A stretch of 62,827 bases of DNA, filler included, from Globobulimina sp. (Eukaryota): NCBI GenBank assembly GCA_003354225.1. It is 49 parts of 49 records of this genome, joined end to end, with 100 filler letters (N's around TTAATTAATTAA, not from the genome) between each part and the next. Parts side by side here need not be neighbours in the genome. Positions count along the whole stretch, not along the records: positions 59,079 to 60,261 come from PIVH01021471.1; positions 60,362 to 61,544 come from PIVH01021472.1; positions 61,645 to 62,827 come from PIVH01021473.1; 46 more parts are not named here. One strand, 5' to 3'. Within the stretch, counting starts at the first letter, position 1. The number at the start of each line of letters is the position of its first letter. This document shows, one piece after another, positions 59,080 to 62,827 of this stretch. The notes under the pieces are model-generated. The model had not been told where the DNA came from, ran no database searches, and saw only the letters and a program-made list of their open reading frames with translations. The translations under genes and the position numbers were made by a program.

Positions 59080-59442
59080 TTTGTAACGCAAGGCTTTGGA
59101 CATTTGATATCTGTCGCCGTTGACAAATCAGCTACGCCATTGATTAATGTTGTTGCCATTTTAGTTATTTGTTTTATGAATGGAGTCAATCCTACTTTAA
59201 AATCTATGTATGATAATAAAATCACTGCTGCAATTATTGATTCTTCATATGCCAGGTGGCAATTTGAAGCATTATGGATTTCAGAATTAGAGTCTTGGCC
59301 AAATGTATTTAATACGCAAATTGAGTTTCAACAAAAATTCTTTGGATTTGATATTAGTAATTATAAACGGGATATTATTATGTTGGTCATGTTTGGTGTT
59401 ATATTTAGGATCATCACGTTTATAATTCTATGGAAAAAATGA
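59080..59442 (+). CDS. ABCG-type transporter, C-terminal membrane domain
   Basis: Hydrophobic helices, NGVNPTL, SYARWQFEALWISE, terminal IMLVMFGVIFRIITF. Confidence 0.8.
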   Translation, partial: FVTQGFGHLISVAVDKSATPLINVVAILVICFMNGVNPTLKSMYDNKITAAIIDSSYARWQFEALWISELESWPNVFNTQIEFQQKFFGFDISNYKRDIIMLVMFGVIFRIITFIILWKK

Positions 59443-59657
59443 TATTTTCTTTTGTTTTTCTTCTCATAAATAGTCATAAATACTTGTACATTAATATTTA
59501 TTTAATTAACATATACAGGAACTTTTGACATGTTTCGTTCATAAACAATGATATGGTTCGCTAGCACTTTGCTTTTGCCTTTTTTCTGACACGGACGTAA
59601 AATAAATAGTATTCAAAAAAAGTTTTATTTAACCTGTTTTTTATCTTAGTCTAATAG

Positions 59658-60261
59658 ATGGCAGAAGAAAAGAAGAGCGATGAAAGTAAATTGCAATACG
59701 AAGATGTTATTAATATTGACGAAGAATTAGCCACAAGAAAAAGTATGATTGAAATAGCATTGGGAGGGATAGATAATACGTGGACAAGACATAAAACAGG
59801 AGATGATAAAATATCGGTGGTGTATAAACAATTTGCGGATGCAAATGTTTCAACAGTTCGTGGTGAAACTACGCATAAAGGTGACTTAGATATTTATTAT
59901 AAATACGAGGAGTGTGGTTATGATGATGTATATATTAATGTACCTAAAACAGATGAGAGTTGTACAGAAATTAATATTCGTAAATTGATTGATAGCGACC
60001 ATCATATTATTTATGCCTCAAAGAAATCTGGTTTTTTTATGGTTTCACCGCGAGACTTTACTTATATCAAAACCAGGTTTAAATACACAAATTATGTATT
60101 TAATAATAAAAAATATAAAATTGTTGGAAATGTTGGCTATTCGGTTGCTGATAATCATCCATTTAATGTCCCTGTAAAAAAAGATCATGTTCGAGGCAAA
60201 CTTATAATGAATGGCTATGTGTTAAGCCATTGGATAATGGTGTTTTATTCAAAAAAAGCAT
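59658..60261 (+). CDS. START-domain lipid-binding protein (3' partial)
   Basis: W...ISVVYK, VSPRDFTY, YSV..HP..PVKKDHVRG...GYVL. Confidence 0.85.
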
Positions 60262-60368
60262 NNNNNNNNNNNNNNNNNNNNNNNNNNNNNNNNNNNNNNN
60301 NNNNNTTAATTAATTAANNNNNNNNNNNNNNNNNNNNNNNNNNNNNNNNNNNNNNNNNNNNCAACCTA

Positions 60369-61016
60369 TTGCTAGCAACGTTGTTTGGATTAATTAATGG
60401 CTCAATGGACGATTTCGATTCGCTTTGTCTGGCCGTTTATGAAGGATTAGGTTATGATAATAGCGGGCAATGGCAATATACCGGAGGATGCTCGCAACAT
60501 TTCGATGCCGGCGCTTTTTTATTTCAGGACAACAGTGGAACTATGACATTTTCTGAATGCGCGGCTCAATGCAATTCACGAGCAAACTGTCTATCATTTA
60601 CGGTTGGAAAGAAAGGTGTAGCGCGCGAAAATTGGTGTAATTTATATAGCGTAGTGTGTAGCGCCGGTAATGTCCCTGATACCGACTGGAATACGTTTAG
60701 TCCGACCCGCAACACTGGCGCCGCGCCATCAGATTACGCAGTGACATGGCAATATAATGGAGGCTGCCAAGAGCATTTTGATTCGGGCAATTTATTGGCT
60801 CAGGACACAAGCGGAAGTATGACCTTCGGTGCTTGCTATAATTTGTGTGTGACATCGGGTGGCCAGTCTTTTTTGTATGGCGCCAGCACTCCCCGCAATA
60901 AATGGTGTAATGTCTATCAGGGCGTCTGTACAAATAATGATGATCTTAGCTGGAATATGTATCTCCCGCTACTTGAAAATGCTCAATCTGTCTGTGATGA
61001 GTATACTTGTAATTAA
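60369..61016 (+). CDS. Secreted protein with two PAN/apple-like repeats
   Basis: Duplicated WQYxGGC..HFD.G...MTF..C...C....SF....WCN.Y..VC units. Confidence 0.75.
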   Translation: MLATLFGLINGSMDDFDSLCLAVYEGLGYDNSGQWQYTGGCSQHFDAGAFLFQDNSGTMTFSECAAQCNSRANCLSFTVGKKGVARENWCNLYSVVCSAGNVPDTDWNTFSPTRNTGAAPSDYAVTWQYNGGCQEHFDSGNLLAQDTSGSMTFGACYNLCVTSGGQSFLYGASTPRNKWCNVYQGVCTNNDDLSWNMYLPLLENAQSVCDEYTCN

Positions 61017-61644
61017 TTTAAAGTGAAGTGAAGTGTGTGCCTTTTTTGTTTGTTTGGTATTTTTTATTTTTATTTTTTGTAATTTGTTGTGTCTGCAATT
61101 TGAGTAATTGCTGTAAATTCAAATAATTTTAGTTTCATTTTTCTTGTTGCTCTTTGAATATTAAATTTGTGCAAGGATATATATAATACACTTGACGACA
61201 GCGAAACATATTAATCATATATATGGGCTAGCCACTCCTTAAAGTTTTACTCTACTCAGAAACACTAATCTCAGAATTATTTAGAAACATGTTATTGAAC
61301 TATTTCCTGTGGTTCAAAGTCTTAAATTATACATATAATCACACAAAGTAAAGTTTAAAACAGCCAGAAAAAAAAAGAATGTGAAAAAACAATAAATAAA
61401 AAAAAAATACAAAAAACAAAACATATATTCATAAGATATGGATTGGAAAAATAAATAAACTGCACAAAGCAGGTGCAAAATCCAAAAATCATAATGCAAT
61501 GCTTTTCGTGGTACAATGCCACAAAAATCCCCATTAAAAAATCANNNNNNNNNNNNNNNNNNNNNNNNNNNNNNNNNNNNNNNNNNNNTTAATTAATTAA
61601 NNNNNNNNNNNNNNNNNNNNNNNNNNNNNNNNNNNNNNNNNNNN

Positions 61645-61901
61645 TCGGCTGCGCAAACACGCACTAATTGCAATTCTAACAATTGATTTAAGCGGACCAT
61701 ATATTCACATTCCACAAAAATAGCAACATTCTCTTTCTTCTCTTCCTTTGCTGTCGACGTCATATAATTGATACATTTATTAATATCTGTTTTATATTTA
61801 CGTGTTGCTTCCAATGACTTTGTTTCATCAAATCCCATATTGATAAGTTGTTGATAAATTGCTAACGAATCTGTTTTTTGTTTAGTAATTAGATGGCTCA
61901 T
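61645..61901 (-). CDS. UBA-domain protein (3' partial)
   Basis: YQQLINMGFDETKSLEATRKYKTDINKCINYM. Confidence 0.75.
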
Positions 61902-62176
61902 TTATTTGCTGGTAGGTATACGTACCTTCAGGTGGTTCTTTTGAAAGTGTATTTCCCATCAGACCGTGGGAGTTTGTTTTCGACTCTAGTAAAGAAGAAA
62001 ACTATCCTGACACTTTAAAACGATATTCAGATAGATAACCCACCAGTGTATACCGAATATTTCTCTTACATTTCCAACAATAGTATCGTTGGATGCTTTA
62101 TTTCGATGACTCTTTCATGCGAGTGTTATTTTGATACACACGTTGAGATCATCTGACGTACACAAAGCAAAATCAT

Positions 62177-62416
62177 TTACAATTTAGCATTTATATCGTA
62201 TACAAAGTGTTCAATACAATCAATTCCCGTGTTATGTACTTTAAAACCAGCCACTTGATTAGCAAATTTACAACATTTCATTAAGTTCCATCTTTGACGC
62301 ATTCCAAACAAGAAGGCTGCATTGAATGTGTCACCAGCACCTAAAGTATCCACTACTTTGCTGTCATTTGCTGGATTATAAGACTTACAAAATATAATAT
62401 TAAAATGATTGTTCTC
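62177..62416 (-). CDS. PfkB-family (ketohexokinase-like) kinase C-terminus ending AKL (missing from ORF track)
   Basis: Manual translation: SKVVDTLGAGDTFNAAFLFG...KFANQVAGFKVHNTG...DINAKL*. The upstream frame does not continue the family. Confidence 0.85.
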   Translation of the reverse strand, partial: ENNHFNIIFCKSYNPANDSKVVDTLGAGDTFNAAFLFGMRQRWNLMKCCKFANQVAGFKVHNTGIDCIEHFVYDINAKL

Positions 62417-62827
62417 TCAATAATATTCTCCATTGTAAAGACTTCTAGAAATGGCAGAGGATTGAACTCTGCTAAATACCAAACATTTCACAACGCGTTT
62501 CTGTTCTAACGTCTTTCGGGCAAAAGAAACCTTATTCTCCGAATTGAACGAATCTGATTAAATTATAGAAACGATAACTATCGAAACTAAGAATTCAATA
62601 TAGAAACGATCACCTTCACAGAGACCATTTCCAATAAAATGGGATCTGTTGCAAGTTATTGGGGTCGGTGGGCGGGTGTTTCGACAACGACGGTATTTTC
62701 AAGGACTTGAACGTACGATTTTCGATTTAAAGTAAACTAACTAACTCAAAAACGATTATTTTGTATACGCTCTGTCATATTCAATACCGTGATGATTTCA
62801 GGAGACCGTGAAATATCAAGAATATTA

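Noticed and set aside
1186..61644. Regularly spaced TTAATTAATTAA as a biological repeat or CRISPR-like array
   Set aside because: It is always centred in N runs and is a six-frame-stop assembly linker. ORF tails such as XXXLIN are artefacts.
62417..62419. In-frame TGA upstream of the PfkB fragment as selenocysteine
   Set aside because: The upstream frame shows no PfkB similarity. A junction or unrecognised exon boundary is more likely.
1..62827. A multi-gene system inferred from neighbours (for example Dicer, RNase H, polymerase and tRNA-Sec)
   Set aside because: Contigs are ordered by length, not genome position, so adjacency carries no information.

Overview
This is not one locus. It is 49 unlinked, length-sorted contigs (1185, 1184 and 1183 bp) joined by an artificial 100-nt spacer (N44-TTAATTAATTAA-N44, stops in all six frames), so neighbourhood across spacers is meaningless. 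Most contigs come from an AT-rich protist with short GT-AG introns (55-93 nt). Expanded Kelch, RCC1, PT-rich and Cys-rich families and a POP-type organellar polymerase suggest a rhizarian, probably a foraminiferan (inference). Recognisable genes include a Ser/Thr kinase, tandem-PH protein, MPPED-type metallophosphoesterase, CCT/PCYT1, UROD, POP DNA polymerase, Dicer-like RNase III, acyl-CoA dehydrogenase, ASF1, ADHAPS-like oxidase, prenyltransferase alpha subunit, Rpn10, QNG1-like, CCDC93, Pumilio, ABCG, START and PfkB. There is also a clear eukaryotic selenocysteine tRNA, two retroelement-type RNase H fragments and a Tc2/pogo-type MITE. Bacterial (pentapeptide-repeat gene, dapB, cardiolipin-synthase-like) and probably animal (Ly6/LU) DNA is mixed in. 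Several contigs are chimeric or fold back on themselves, as expected after whole-genome amplification. I cannot support a multi-gene novel system here. The best single-contig leads are the tRNA-Sec, an intron-bearing membrane-anchored PHB-depolymerase-like esterase, a WH2-like plus metallophosphoesterase fusion, a phage-type macro-like ORF, and unusual splice signals (GTWT donors, AAG acceptors). Family calls come from recalled motifs, not database searches.
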